Below are positions 16,381-25,894 of a DNA stretch of 59,983 bases, piece by piece. Position 1 is the first letter of the stretch, and each line of letters starts with the position of its first letter. Source of the DNA: Thermoanaerobaculia bacterium (GTDB taxonomy: Bacteria; Acidobacteriota; Thermoanaerobaculia; UBA5066); assembly GCA_036385755.1 (NCBI GenBank), contig DASVJU010000202.1, positions 1 through 59,983 of the forward strand. The letters are read 5' to 3'. The translations under genes were made by a program, and so were the position numbers. The notes beneath the pieces are model-generated. The model had not been told where the DNA came from, did not search any database, and saw only the letters and a list, made by a program, of their open reading frames with translations.

Positions 16381-17252
16381 GCGAGACGGGATTGTACGTC
16401 CCCGCGCCTTCCGAGGAACGCATCGCCGAGCCGGCGCGCCGAAAGGACGAGGAGGAACAGCGCGATGCCGGGCGGAAGGACACACCACCAGGCTCCCGGC
16501 AGGAGGTTGCGCGCCTCGGCCAGCGTGCGCCCCCAGGAGGCGGCCGGCGGCGGCGCCCCCAGCCCGAGGAAGGAAAGCCCGGCCTCGGTGAGCACCGCAG
16601 AGCCGAGCACGTAAGGCAGGGTCGCGAGCGCCGGCGGGAGCGCGTGCGGGAGCACGTGCACGAACAGGAGCCTGACGTCCGAGGCGCCCGAGGCACGGGC
16701 CGCATCCACGAAGGCTTCGTTTCTCAGGCGCTGCGTGCCGGCGCGCACGAGGCGCGCCGCGTCCGTCCAGCCCGTCAGGGCGATGAGAAGCGCGGCGATG
16801 AGGAACGACGGCTTCAGGAACGCCGCGCCCGCGATGACGAGGACGAGGGCCGGAAGCGCCTGGACGATCTGCAGCAGGAGGAGGACGGCTCGATCGACGC
16901 GGCCGCCCGCCCAGCCCGCGAGCGTCCCGAGCGCCGCTCCGAGCCCGAGCGCGAGCGCGGACGCCAGGAGTCCGGCCGCGACGGAGAGCCGTGCCCCATG
17001 GAGAACGCGTGCGAGCACGTCGCGGCCGAGCTCGTCCGTGCCGAGGAGATGCCGCCTCCCGGGAGACGCGAGGCGCCGGTCCAGATCCACGCCGTCCGGG
17101 TCGAAAGGCACCGGCGCGCCGAGAATCGTCTCTCCCGCCCGGCCGGAGACCCACGGCTTCTCGCGTGCGATGAGCGGAGCAAGGAGCGCGAGCAGCGGAA
17201 ACAGCGCGAAAGCGATCCCCGCGCGGCGGAGGGCGGCCGGGGCGCCCGTCAT
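16377..17252 (-). CDS. peptide/nickel ABC transporter permease (DppC/OppC-like)
   Basis: 291 aa multi-TM protein with N-terminal OppC-type motif LLGTDELGRDVLARVLHGARLS. Confidence 0.85.
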   Translation of the reverse strand: MTGAPAALRRAGIAFALFPLLALLAPLIAREKPWVSGRAGETILGAPVPFDPDGVDLDRRLASPGRRHLLGTDELGRDVLARVLHGARLSVAAGLLASALALGLGAALGTLAGWAGGRVDRAVLLLLQIVQALPALVLVIAGAAFLKPSFLIAALLIALTGWTDAARLVRAGTQRLRNEAFVDAARASGASDVRLLFVHVLPHALPPALATLPYVLGSAVLTEAGLSFLGLGAPPPAASWGRTLAEARNLLPGAWWCVLPPGIALFLLVLSARRLGDAFLGRRGDVQSRLA

Positions 17253-18232
17253 CCGGCGACTCCCTGCGGCAGGGCGTCGTCCGCGCGCGCGGTGCGGGGA
17301 TCGAGCGCGGCCGTGACGAGGTCTGCCGCCAGCGATGCGGCGACGACGACGGCGGCCGACAGAAGGGTGAGGGCGAGAACGGTCGGCAGGTCACGCGCGA
17401 AGACCGCCTCCGCGAGCAGGCCGCCCGCTCCGGGGAGCGAGAAGACGCGCTCCACGAGGATCGAGCCGGACACGACGGCCGGCACGAGCGCCGCCCCCAT
17501 CGCGGCGAAAGGAGCCGACGAACGGCGAAGGGCGCGCCGGATCTCCGCAGGCGGTCCTTCCCCACGGGCCCGCCCCGCGCGCGCCGCCGGATCGGCGAGC
17601 GCCGCGGCGACGCAGACTCTCACGAAGCGAGCCACGAGGGCGAGCGACGCGAGCGTCAGGGTGACGACGGGCAGCACGAAGCCGTTGAGACCGGTCTCCC
17701 TGTCGGCGAAGAAAGGCGTGACGCGCAGCCATCCGGAGAAGACGAGGAGAAGGAGGAGGCCGAGGACGAACGTCGGCGTCGCAAAGAGCGCATCGCAGAC
17801 GAATCCCGAGATCCGGTCCAGGTTCCCGCCCGGCCGGCGGGCCGCCCCGACTCCGAGCGGCACGCCGACGAGACAGGCCAGAAAAAGGGCGGCGAGGTTC
17901 AAGGCGAGCGTCGTGGGGAGCGCCCGGGCGACGCGGGCCGTCACGGGCTGGCCGTCCACGAGGGAACGACCGAAGTCGAAACGCAGCGCGCGCCAGGTCC
18001 ACGTGAGGAAGCGTTCGGCCACGGGGCGGTCGAGCCCATAGAGATGCCGGAAAGCCGCGAGCGCCTCGGGCGAGACCGAGACCGCGCGGTTCCCGCCTGC
18101 GCGGGCCGCGAGGGAAGCCGCGTCGCCGGGAGCGGCCGTTACCAGACCGAAGACGAGGACGTGGACACCAAGCAGCGTCAGGAGGGCCGAGGCCGCCCGG
18201 CGCAGCGCGAATCGGAGCATCGACGGGAGCAT
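17249..18232 (-). CDS. peptide/nickel ABC transporter permease (DppB/OppB-like)
   Basis: 327 aa multi-TM protein. ATGA overlap with the next permease gene. Confidence 0.85.
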   Translation of the reverse strand: MLPSMLRFALRRAASALLTLLGVHVLVFGLVTAAPGDAASLAARAGGNRAVSVSPEALAAFRHLYGLDRPVAERFLTWTWRALRFDFGRSLVDGQPVTARVARALPTTLALNLAALFLACLVGVPLGVGAARRPGGNLDRISGFVCDALFATPTFVLGLLLLLVFSGWLRVTPFFADRETGLNGFVLPVVTLTLASLALVARFVRVCVAAALADPAARAGRARGEGPPAEIRRALRRSSAPFAAMGAALVPAVVSGSILVERVFSLPGAGGLLAEAVFARDLPTVLALTLLSAAVVVAASLAADLVTAALDPRTARADDALPQGVAG

Positions 18233-18244
18233 GAAGAACAGATG

Positions 18245-19834
18245 TTACGAGATCGGACCTCTCGTCGCGCTCGTCCGCCAGCCGGCCCCTCCCGGCCAGA
18301 ACATGAAGAGGCCGATCGGCGACGTCTTCACGTTCGTCAGGCGCGAGGAGATGCCCCACTTGATCAGCGGAACGTTCAGGAATGTGACCGGCTCGTCCTC
18401 GTGGATCAGGGCCTGCACGCGCGCGAGCATCGTGCGCGTCTGCTCCCTGTCGAACGTCGTCTTGAGGCGGTCGAGGAGCGCGTCCACCTCGGGATTCCGG
18501 TAGAAGGCGGAGTTCAGGCCGGTCGGAGGCGTCTGGCTGGAGTGCCAGCTCACGGCGAGATCGGGGTTCGGGTCAAGGACCAGCGCGGCCGCCCAGGCGT
18601 CGCACTCTCCCGCGTCCATTTTCGCCCCGAAAGCCGCCCACTCCAGCGGCTGGATCGCCATCTCGATGCCCGCCTTTCGGAAGGATTGCTGTACCAGTTC
18701 CACGAGCTGGCGCTGGATGTCGCTGCCCATACCCAGCGAGAGCGTGAAGGCGAGGCGCACGTTCCCCTTCCGCCGCGTTCCGTCCGGGGCCTTTCGAAAG
18801 CCGGCCTCGTCGAGCAGCGCCTCGGCGGCCTTCGGGTCGTACGGCCACGGCGCGAGGGAGGCATCCCATGCCCAGTGCGCGGGCGGGAGAGGCCCGTTCG
18901 CGACTTTCGCGAGGCCCCCGAACAGGTTGCGGTTGATGCTTTCGCGGTCCACGAGCATCGTGAGGGCGCGCCTCACGCGGCGGTCGGCGAAGACCGGCAG
19001 CCGGTTGTTCCAGCCGAGATAGGAATACGAGAGCTCGTCGAACGTGACGACGCGCGGAGCGCCCGCCGTGCCCGCCTTCGCGTCCAGCTCCTTTTTCTGC
19101 GCCGCCGTCAGGCGCATCTCGTCGAGATCGCCGGTCTCGAGCGCCGCGTACGCGGGCGCTGTCTCGGAGACGACCCGGAAGATCACCTGCTCGGGGGCGG
19201 GCTTCTCGCCGAAGTACTGCGTGTTTCGCACGAGCGTCAGCCGGCCCGCCTCCCAGGATGCGAGGCGGTAGGGTCCGTTCGCGAGCGGGTTCCGGTTGCG
19301 CGGATGCGTCGCCGCGTCGCCGCCCGCCCACGCGGCAGCGGAGAGAAGCGGCAGGTTGAAGGCGTCGCGCCGGCCGCTGGCGGCCGTCCTGAAGACGACG
19401 CGCGCCGTCTCGGCATCCACGGCCTCCGCCCGCACGAAGCCGTCGAAAAGCGACCGGCGCGTGAGCGCGGGCGCCTTCGGGTCGAGGAGTGTCGTCAGCG
19501 TGAAGACGACGTCCGCGGAAGTGACGCGCGTGCCGTCCTCCCAGCGCGCATCCTTGCGGAGGCGGATCGTGTAGACGAGATGGTCGGGAGAGCCTTCGAC
19601 CTCCTCCGCGAGGCCCGGCACGAGGTTCAGCTTCTCGTCGTAATCGAGCAGGTTGCGCTCGAGCAGCGCGATGACGATCTGCTCTGGATCCAGCGTGGCG
19701 AGGATCGGGTTGAGTGTCTTCGGTTCGCCCTCGAGGCGGCGGCGGACGACGCTGTCCTGGCTCTTTCCGCGAACGCCGCAGGCGGCGAGGAGGATCGCGG
19801 CGGCGAGAAGCGCGAGCTTCTTCAAAACGGCCAC
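18245..19834 (-). CDS. ABC transporter substrate-binding lipoprotein, family 5 (peptide/nickel)
   Basis: 529 aa. Lipobox LLAAC. The length and layout fit an SBP_bac_5-like protein (WEDGTRVTSADVVFT...). Confidence 0.85.
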   Translation of the reverse strand: MAVLKKLALLAAAILLAACGVRGKSQDSVVRRRLEGEPKTLNPILATLDPEQIVIALLERNLLDYDEKLNLVPGLAEEVEGSPDHLVYTIRLRKDARWEDGTRVTSADVVFTLTTLLDPKAPALTRRSLFDGFVRAEAVDAETARVVFRTAASGRRDAFNLPLLSAAAWAGGDAATHPRNRNPLANGPYRLASWEAGRLTLVRNTQYFGEKPAPEQVIFRVVSETAPAYAALETGDLDEMRLTAAQKKELDAKAGTAGAPRVVTFDELSYSYLGWNNRLPVFADRRVRRALTMLVDRESINRNLFGGLAKVANGPLPPAHWAWDASLAPWPYDPKAAEALLDEAGFRKAPDGTRRKGNVRLAFTLSLGMGSDIQRQLVELVQQSFRKAGIEMAIQPLEWAAFGAKMDAGECDAWAAALVLDPNPDLAVSWHSSQTPPTGLNSAFYRNPEVDALLDRLKTTFDREQTRTMLARVQALIHEDEPVTFLNVPLIKWGISSRLTNVKTSPIGLFMFWPGGAGWRTSATRGPIS

Positions 19835-22044
19835 TCCACGGAAACCGCCGCGACGTTGCCCATCGCATCGAGCACACGCACCGACAGGACCGCCGGCCCC
19901 GGCGGTTTCGGGACCCGGAAGACGAAGCGTTCGATCGGAGAGTCCGCCGCGCCGTCCTCGGCGGGCAGGAAGCGCCAGCGGTCCGCGTTGACGGCGCCTT
20001 CGGCCTTCGTGACCGGGGAAACTGCATCGACGGCGAGAACCGACACGACGATCGAGTCCCCTTCGACCTTTTTCGACTCCACTTTCAGGACGGGCGGCGT
20101 GTTGTCGATGAGGACGACGCCGGATTCCTCACGCGCCGTGAGCGCTTCGCTCTCGGGCTGCGAGAGGCGGTCCGACGCCGTGACCCGAAAGCGGTACCGT
20201 CCGTCGGAGAGAGCCGTCGTGTCGAAGGACAGGTACGTGTCTTCGAGGTCCTTGCGGACCGGAAACCACGTCGAACCCTCTTCCCGGCGCGCCTCGATCT
20301 CGTAACGCAGGATGTCCCCGTTAGGGTCGGTGCCCTTCCACGTGAGTGTCCGGTAGCCCTTCCGGAAAAGCCGCTTCCCGGGCCCCTCCCCCGGGCCGTC
20401 GCGCGGGGTTTCGAGCCCGGAATAGATCCCGGATTCGTCGGGATTTGCGACGGAAAGGACGCCCACGCCCGTTCCGCCGCGGGCGAAGACCGCTCCCGGC
20501 TCGAGGAGAGTGAGATTCTCGAGAACCGGGCGGGCATTACGTTCGGCGTAAGAGAGCTCCAGGCGCTCGAGGACCGGGGACGCCCCCTTCGGCGAAGCTC
20601 TCAGGTCCGCTTTCCACTGGAAAAAGCGGGCGACAGGCGGGCGTGCGCCTCCGTCGGCACCGACCGGCATCCAGGCCGACCACGTGGCGTCCGGCTTGTC
20701 CGAGTTTCCGGTCCGCACGGAGAGCGACAGGGCCGCTCCCGCGGGTACCTGCCCCTCCCAGCGGAGGCGCCCGAACGTCGACAGGCGCGAGGCGTCCTTT
20801 ACGGCAGACGTGAACGTACCCGCGGGCAGGCTCCCGGCGTCGGGTCTCAGGATTCCCGCCGCGCCCATCGTCACGACGGCGAATCCCGATCCCACGGCCG
20901 GAACCGCGAGCGCGAGCTTCTCGCCGGTCGAAGCCACGAGGCGGACGCGCCGGTCTTTCCACTCGTAGACGCGCCCTCGCGGGCCGGTCGCGACGAGGAG
21001 GGCGCCGTTCGAGTCCAACCTCATGCCGAGGATCGACTCCTCCGGAAAGAGCCAGCCGGGCTCCACGAAGCCGTCCGGCTGAATGACGGCGATCTCGGAG
21101 CTGCTCGCCGAGCGGAGCTCGACCGGCGGCCGAACCGTGGTCGTGGAGGCGGACACGGACACCGAGCCGCGCGGCGCTTCCTCCGTTCCCGCGGGCGGCG
21201 GCGTCGGCGTGGGGGTGGGCCGGAGCCGCAGGTCCGTCAGCGCGAGCCGGCCCGAGGACGGATCGAGCTGCGAGGCCGCCGCGTAGAGGACGCCCCGTGC
21301 GTCCACGGCGAGGCCCGTGACCTCGGGGCGGGAGAAATCGTGAAGTGTGCGCGGACTACCCTGAACCGGAAATGCGACCACGAGACCGCGATCGGAGGTG
21401 CCTGCATAAACGGTCCCGTCCGGGCCGACCGCGAGCGTGCGGATGTGAACGTCCTCGATCTCGTGGAAGAGCTCGAGCGGGCCCGACGGAGTCTTGCGAT
21501 AGATGCGGCCCTTGTTTCCCGTCCCCGCGTAAAGCGTGCCGTCCTTCGCGAAAGCGAGCGCCCAGATGGCGGCCTCTTTCGGGTCGCCGACGACCGTTCC
21601 GGACTTCGCCGCATCCGTGACCTTCGGGTCGACGCGATAGATCTTCCCGTTAGGGGAAGACGCGCACACGACCGCGCCGTCCGGAGCCACCGCGACCGCC
21701 GTGATGTTCGATTCGGGCGCGGTGAAAAGGAGCCTCACGTCCGCGCCGCTGGAGACAAAGAGCCGGCCCAGGCCGCCTCCCGTCGCCACGAAGACGCGGC
21801 CTGAGCCGTCGGCCGCCGCGGCGAAGACGGCGGCATCGGCCGCATCGTCGGGCCACGCGCGCGCCGCGAACGCTGCGCCGAGCGTGAGCCGTCCGTCGGC
21901 GGAGACGGCGATGCCCTTTGCGTCGCCCGCGAGGAAGTCGCGCGCTCCCGCCGTCACGACGATGCGGGAAGTTCCGCCGGCGAGACGTGGCGCGACGAGG
22001 GCGGCGGCGGCGACAACGGCGAAGGCCAGCGGGGTACGTCGCAT
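19822..22044 (-). CDS. secreted beta-propeller-like repeat protein with C-terminal Ig/Fn3-like region
   Basis: 740 aa with a signal peptide. Repeated DG(T/A)(L/V)YAGT..G.(I/V)Y blades and a C-terminal beta-sandwich-like region. ATG 22044 shares 1 nt with the upstream TGA. Confidence 0.65.
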   Translation of the reverse strand: MRRTPLAFAVVAAAALVAPRLAGGTSRIVVTAGARDFLAGDAKGIAVSADGRLTLGAAFAARAWPDDAADAAVFAAAADGSGRVFVATGGGLGRLFVSSGADVRLLFTAPESNITAVAVAPDGAVVCASSPNGKIYRVDPKVTDAAKSGTVVGDPKEAAIWALAFAKDGTLYAGTGNKGRIYRKTPSGPLELFHEIEDVHIRTLAVGPDGTVYAGTSDRGLVVAFPVQGSPRTLHDFSRPEVTGLAVDARGVLYAAASQLDPSSGRLALTDLRLRPTPTPTPPPAGTEEAPRGSVSVSASTTTVRPPVELRSASSSEIAVIQPDGFVEPGWLFPEESILGMRLDSNGALLVATGPRGRVYEWKDRRVRLVASTGEKLALAVPAVGSGFAVVTMGAAGILRPDAGSLPAGTFTSAVKDASRLSTFGRLRWEGQVPAGAALSLSVRTGNSDKPDATWSAWMPVGADGGARPPVARFFQWKADLRASPKGASPVLERLELSYAERNARPVLENLTLLEPGAVFARGGTGVGVLSVANPDESGIYSGLETPRDGPGEGPGKRLFRKGYRTLTWKGTDPNGDILRYEIEARREEGSTWFPVRKDLEDTYLSFDTTALSDGRYRFRVTASDRLSQPESEALTAREESGVVLIDNTPPVLKVESKKVEGDSIVVSVLAVDAVSPVTKAEGAVNADRWRFLPAEDGAADSPIERFVFRVPKPPGPAVLSVRVLDAMGNVAAVSVEWPF

Positions 22045-23909
22045 CAGGAACGGGGCCTTTCTATCTCGAGCTCGAGGCGCACGGAACCGGACGCGGGCCG
22101 GTCGAGGACGAGGATCTCTTCGGCGAGGATGCGGGACGGAACGGAAGGGCGCGGGTTTCCCTCGCTGCCCTCGGTCAGGACCATCGCGAAGGAAGGGGGA
22201 AGCGCCGTCAGGGTGCCGTCCCCCGTCGTTGCCCCGCGCGCGGGCACGAGAAGCAGCGCCGCGAGCCGGTCCGCGGGAACGAGCCGTGCAATCGCGGCGC
22301 GCAGACCCGCGAGGCTGCGCGGCTCGGACGGCTCGGCCGCGAGACGCGCGCCGGAGGCCGCGTTGCCGTCGCCGACGAGCACGATCGCGCGGCCTTCGGG
22401 CGTCTCCTTCGGCACGGTGAGGAACAGGACCCGAGTCTGCTCGGCGCCGCGGCGGTCGACAAGGCGCACGGCGGCATGTAGCGTTTCGCCCGGCGCGGCC
22501 TTCCGCGTGGAGAGAGCCGCCTCCACGATCCGGAGCCTCTTCTCACCGGGAGTGCTCACGATCGAGACGTCCACGCCGGTGATCCCCGGGTCCTCGTACT
22601 CATTCTGGGCGACGAGACCGGTCAGGACGTTCGCGGTCATGAGGGCGAGCTCCTTGGCGCGCGGACCCGTCATCTGGTCGGCGTAGACGAAGGGCCCGAT
22701 CTTCGTGTCGACGGCCACCACGAGGCGAAGCGTCCGGTCGACGGGTGTCGCGTCGAGCGTCGTGAGCGCCGCGTCCAGGGAGACCGAGAGGAGGAGCGGG
22801 AGCAGCGCCGTCTCGCGCGCCACGCCCCACGACAACGTTCGGACGCTTCCGCCACCCGACTCGAGCCGGAACCGCACGGGAACGAGGGGCACGGTACGGT
22901 CCGTGCGCCCGGCCACGCCGCTGTCGCGGTCGTGCGTCAGGCGATACGCCGGCGCGAGGGCGTAGGCCAGCTTGAACGAGAGATTCGCACTCGGGAAGAC
23001 CGTCACGACTTCCGCCGGAGCGACCGGCAGTTCGATCGTTCCCGCTCCGAGGAACGCGTGCCCGAACGCGAGAAACCGTCCCTCTCCGTCCACCCGCGTC
23101 ACGGTCCCGGTCGCGCCGAGTTGAAGGTCGCCGTCGATGAGGAGGGCCGTCATGGCGGAACCGGGCGCGAGCGGCGCAGCGGGGCGCGCCCGTTCGGCCG
23201 CCTGCAGGGCGGTTCCCGGGAGAGCGGGCAGCGTTCCCGACGCGAGAGGAATCCCGAGGCGCGAGAGGTCGTCGCTCCATCGCCCGAGTGTGTCGACCGG
23301 GAAACCCGTGGAGACCGGAGTCAGGAGCGAGGAAGGCGCGTGGGCGGGCCATCCCGGACGCGCGTCGACGATGCCGTGCAGCACCGCGAGCCTTTGGTCG
23401 TCGGGAAGCGCGAGGGACGCGGCGAAGTCTCCGAATCCGGGGGAGGCCGTAACCCGCGAGCCCCGTTCCGTTCCCGCGCCGGCCTCCGGGCCCTTCTCGC
23501 CCTCGCCGACGTCGATCGCGAGCATCGACTCGATCGGCGTGACCGCGCCGACGGGCTCCTTCGCGAACCCCCACGTGGAGGCCACGGCCCCGGCGAGCCG
23601 GCCCTCGAAATAGACGGGGCTGCCGCTCATTCCAGCGAGAATCCCCGTCTTTTCGAGGCCGAGTCCGCCGACACGCACGATGATCTGCGAGCGCCCGAGG
23701 GTGTTCGGCACGATCCCGAGGACTTCGACGTCGAAACGCTCCACGAGGGAGCCGCGAAGCACGGTCAGACCGTAACCCTTCATCCCCGCCCGGACGGCCG
23801 AGAGCGGCAGGATGTCGGCCGGGAGTGACGCGGCCCGGGCGGGCCCGCAAAGGCTCGCGACGAGTAGCGCGACCGCCCGCCAACGCTTTGACCCGCTTGA
23901 AGATTCCAT
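22044..23909 (-). CDS. SpoIVB-type peptidase S55 domain protein
   Basis: Track ORF trimmed to ATG 23909 (MESSSGSKRW... with a signal peptide). S55 hallmark GILAGMSGSPVYFEGRLAGAV after the GYGLTVL..VERFDVEVLG region. 621 aa. Confidence 0.75.
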   Translation of the reverse strand: MESSSGSKRWRAVALLVASLCGPARAASLPADILPLSAVRAGMKGYGLTVLRGSLVERFDVEVLGIVPNTLGRSQIIVRVGGLGLEKTGILAGMSGSPVYFEGRLAGAVASTWGFAKEPVGAVTPIESMLAIDVGEGEKGPEAGAGTERGSRVTASPGFGDFAASLALPDDQRLAVLHGIVDARPGWPAHAPSSLLTPVSTGFPVDTLGRWSDDLSRLGIPLASGTLPALPGTALQAAERARPAAPLAPGSAMTALLIDGDLQLGATGTVTRVDGEGRFLAFGHAFLGAGTIELPVAPAEVVTVFPSANLSFKLAYALAPAYRLTHDRDSGVAGRTDRTVPLVPVRFRLESGGGSVRTLSWGVARETALLPLLLSVSLDAALTTLDATPVDRTLRLVVAVDTKIGPFVYADQMTGPRAKELALMTANVLTGLVAQNEYEDPGITGVDVSIVSTPGEKRLRIVEAALSTRKAAPGETLHAAVRLVDRRGAEQTRVLFLTVPKETPEGRAIVLVGDGNAASGARLAAEPSEPRSLAGLRAAIARLVPADRLAALLLVPARGATTGDGTLTALPPSFAMVLTEGSEGNPRPSVPSRILAEEILVLDRPASGSVRLELEIERPRS

Positions 23910-23979
23910 GCTACCTTGACGGGACGGCCCGAGACGGGTCCGTCGCGGAACGCATCCCGAGAGGGAGTCACGAGAACCC

Positions 23980-24675
23980 ATGACGGAAACCGGCGGCTCG
24001 AACATTGTCCAGCTCTTCGCTTCAGCGGGACCGACGGCCAAGGCCGTCCTGCTCGTCCTCGCGTTCTTCTCCCTGGTGTCGTGGGCGATCATAATCGGCA
24101 GGCTGTGGAGTTTCTCACGCGCCGCATCCGACTCGCGGGCGTTCCTGGGCCACTTCCGAAAGAGCCGGAAGTTCGCCGACGTTCTCGGGATCTGCGACAA
24201 GTGCGAAGCGAGTCCGCTCGTCGGCATCTTCCGCGCGGGCTACGCCGAGCTGGACCAGCAGGTGAAGGACGGCCGCGAGGTGGCGCCCGCCGACACGGGC
24301 CGCCTCTTCGTCAAGAGCCTCGCGTCGATCGAGCGCGCCCTCGAGCGCGCGGCCGGCGTCGAGACGACGCGCCTCACCCGCGGGCTGCCTTTCCTCGCGA
24401 CCACGGCCTCCGCGACACCCTTCATCGGCCTCTTCGGCACCGTGGTGGGCATCATGATGGCGTTCTCGCAGATCGCCCAGAAGGGCTCGACGTCGATCGT
24501 CGTCGTGGCGCCCGGCATCGCCGAGGCCCTCATCAACACCGCTGCCGGCCTCGTGGCGGCCGTGCCGGCGCTCATCGCGTACAACAACTTTGGCGGAAAA
24601 ATGCGCATCGCGCGCGCGGAAATGCGCGACTTCGCCCTCGAGTTCATGAACCTGGCCGAGCGCCACTTCACCTAG
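23980..24675 (+). CDS. tolQ: Tol-Pal system protein TolQ (MotA/TolQ/ExbB proton channel)
   Basis: 231 aa with three TMs. Motif LATTASATPFIGLFGTVVGIMMAF. First gene of the tol cluster. Confidence 0.9.
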   Translation: MTETGGSNIVQLFASAGPTAKAVLLVLAFFSLVSWAIIIGRLWSFSRAASDSRAFLGHFRKSRKFADVLGICDKCEASPLVGIFRAGYAELDQQVKDGREVAPADTGRLFVKSLASIERALERAAGVETTRLTRGLPFLATTASATPFIGLFGTVVGIMMAFSQIAQKGSTSIVVVAPGIAEALINTAAGLVAAVPALIAYNNFGGKMRIARAEMRDFALEFMNLAERHFT

Positions 24676-24695
24676 AGAAGTAAAGAGAGCGGAAC

Positions 24696-25118
24696 GTGGC
24701 TTTCAAGCTCGACGACGACGCGGACGCCTTCTCGGACATCAACGTGACGCCGCTTGTCGACGTCATGCTCGTCCTCCTCGTCATCTTCATGGTCACCGCG
24801 CCCCTCCTGCACCAGGGCGTCGAGGTCCAGCTCCCGAAGTCGGTCGCCCAGAACCTTCCGAAGACGCCCGAAGACCCGCTCATCCTCTCGATCACGAAGA
24901 ACGGGAACTACTATCTGAACGAGACCCCCATTCCGAAGACGCAGCTCAAGGAAAGGCTTCAGCTCATCCTCTCGCGCCGCCGCGACAAAGCCGTGTACCT
25001 GAAGGCCGACCGCAACCTCGCGTACGGCGTCGTGGTGGAGACGATGGACACGCTGAACCGGCTCGGCGTCGAGAGCCTCGGCATGGTGACCGAGCTCAGG
25101 AGCGAGGGGGCTCCTTGA
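24696..25118 (+). CDS. tolR: TolR/ExbD family protein
   Basis: 140 aa. GTG start after AAAGAGAG. Motif INVTPLVDVMLVLLVIFMV with the conserved Asp in the TM. Confidence 0.9.
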   Translation: MAFKLDDDADAFSDINVTPLVDVMLVLLVIFMVTAPLLHQGVEVQLPKSVAQNLPKTPEDPLILSITKNGNYYLNETPIPKTQLKERLQLILSRRRDKAVYLKADRNLAYGVVVETMDTLNRLGVESLGMVTELRSEGAP

Positions 25119-25894
25119 CGACGCCCGCGGCAGCGCTGCCCGGGCCGCCGACCGTTTCGGACATCCTCGAGCGGCGCGCAGAGGGCGGGCGCGCCCCGCG
25201 TGGCCTGACGGCGGCCGTTTCCGTCCTCGCGCACGCGGGCTTCCTTGCGTTTCTTCTCCTCGTGGGCCGCCCCCGGAAGGCGCCCGTGTTCGTGCCGATG
25301 TCCCTTCCCGTCCGCGTCGTGAGCCCGGCCTCTCTGGGCCGGCCCGAGGCGGCGCCCGCCCCCGCGCCGGTGGCGGCGCCCGCGGAACCGCTGCCCGCAC
25401 CGAAGGCGAAGCCCGTCATCGAGAAGCCCTCGGAGAAGATCCTTCCGTCGGCCAAGGCGATGCCCGAAGCGAAGAAACCCGCGAAGGCGGAAAAGGCGAA
25501 GCCGGCGGCCGCCGCGGTCAAGCCTTCCGGGCCCGCTCTGGAGCTTCCGAGCGCCGGCGCCGCGAACGGCGCCATGTCGGGCGCCGGCATCTCCTTCGGA
25601 GCGTCGGTCACGTCCTTCGACGCCGACTTCCCTTTCGCCTATTACGTCGAACAGCTCCTCTCCCTCATCGGCGCGAACTGGTTCAAGCCGGAGTCGGCCG
25701 AAGGCACGAACTGCGTCGTCTCTTTTCGCGTCCTGCGCTCCGGACAGGTGACGGACGTCAAGGTCGATTCCACGTCGGGCGTGAGCTACTACGACCGGGC
25801 CGCGGCGCGTGCCGTGTACGCCGCGAACCCGCTGCCGCCCTTGCCGCCTGACTACCGCAACGATTCGCTCGGCGTACACCTGAAATTCCAGTGA
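25115..25894 (+). CDS. TolA-like energy transducer with a TonB-C-type C-terminal domain
   Basis: 259 aa. TTG start (TTGA overlap), N-terminal TM, P/A/K-rich linker, and a TonB_C-like end (YYVEQLLSLIGANWFKP...AANPLPPLP). Occupies the TolA slot in the cluster. Confidence 0.75.
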   Translation: MTTPAAALPGPPTVSDILERRAEGGRAPRGLTAAVSVLAHAGFLAFLLLVGRPRKAPVFVPMSLPVRVVSPASLGRPEAAPAPAPVAAPAEPLPAPKAKPVIEKPSEKILPSAKAMPEAKKPAKAEKAKPAAAAVKPSGPALELPSAGAANGAMSGAGISFGASVTSFDADFPFAYYVEQLLSLIGANWFKPESAEGTNCVVSFRVLRSGQVTDVKVDSTSGVSYYDRAAARAVYAANPLPPLPPDYRNDSLGVHLKFQ

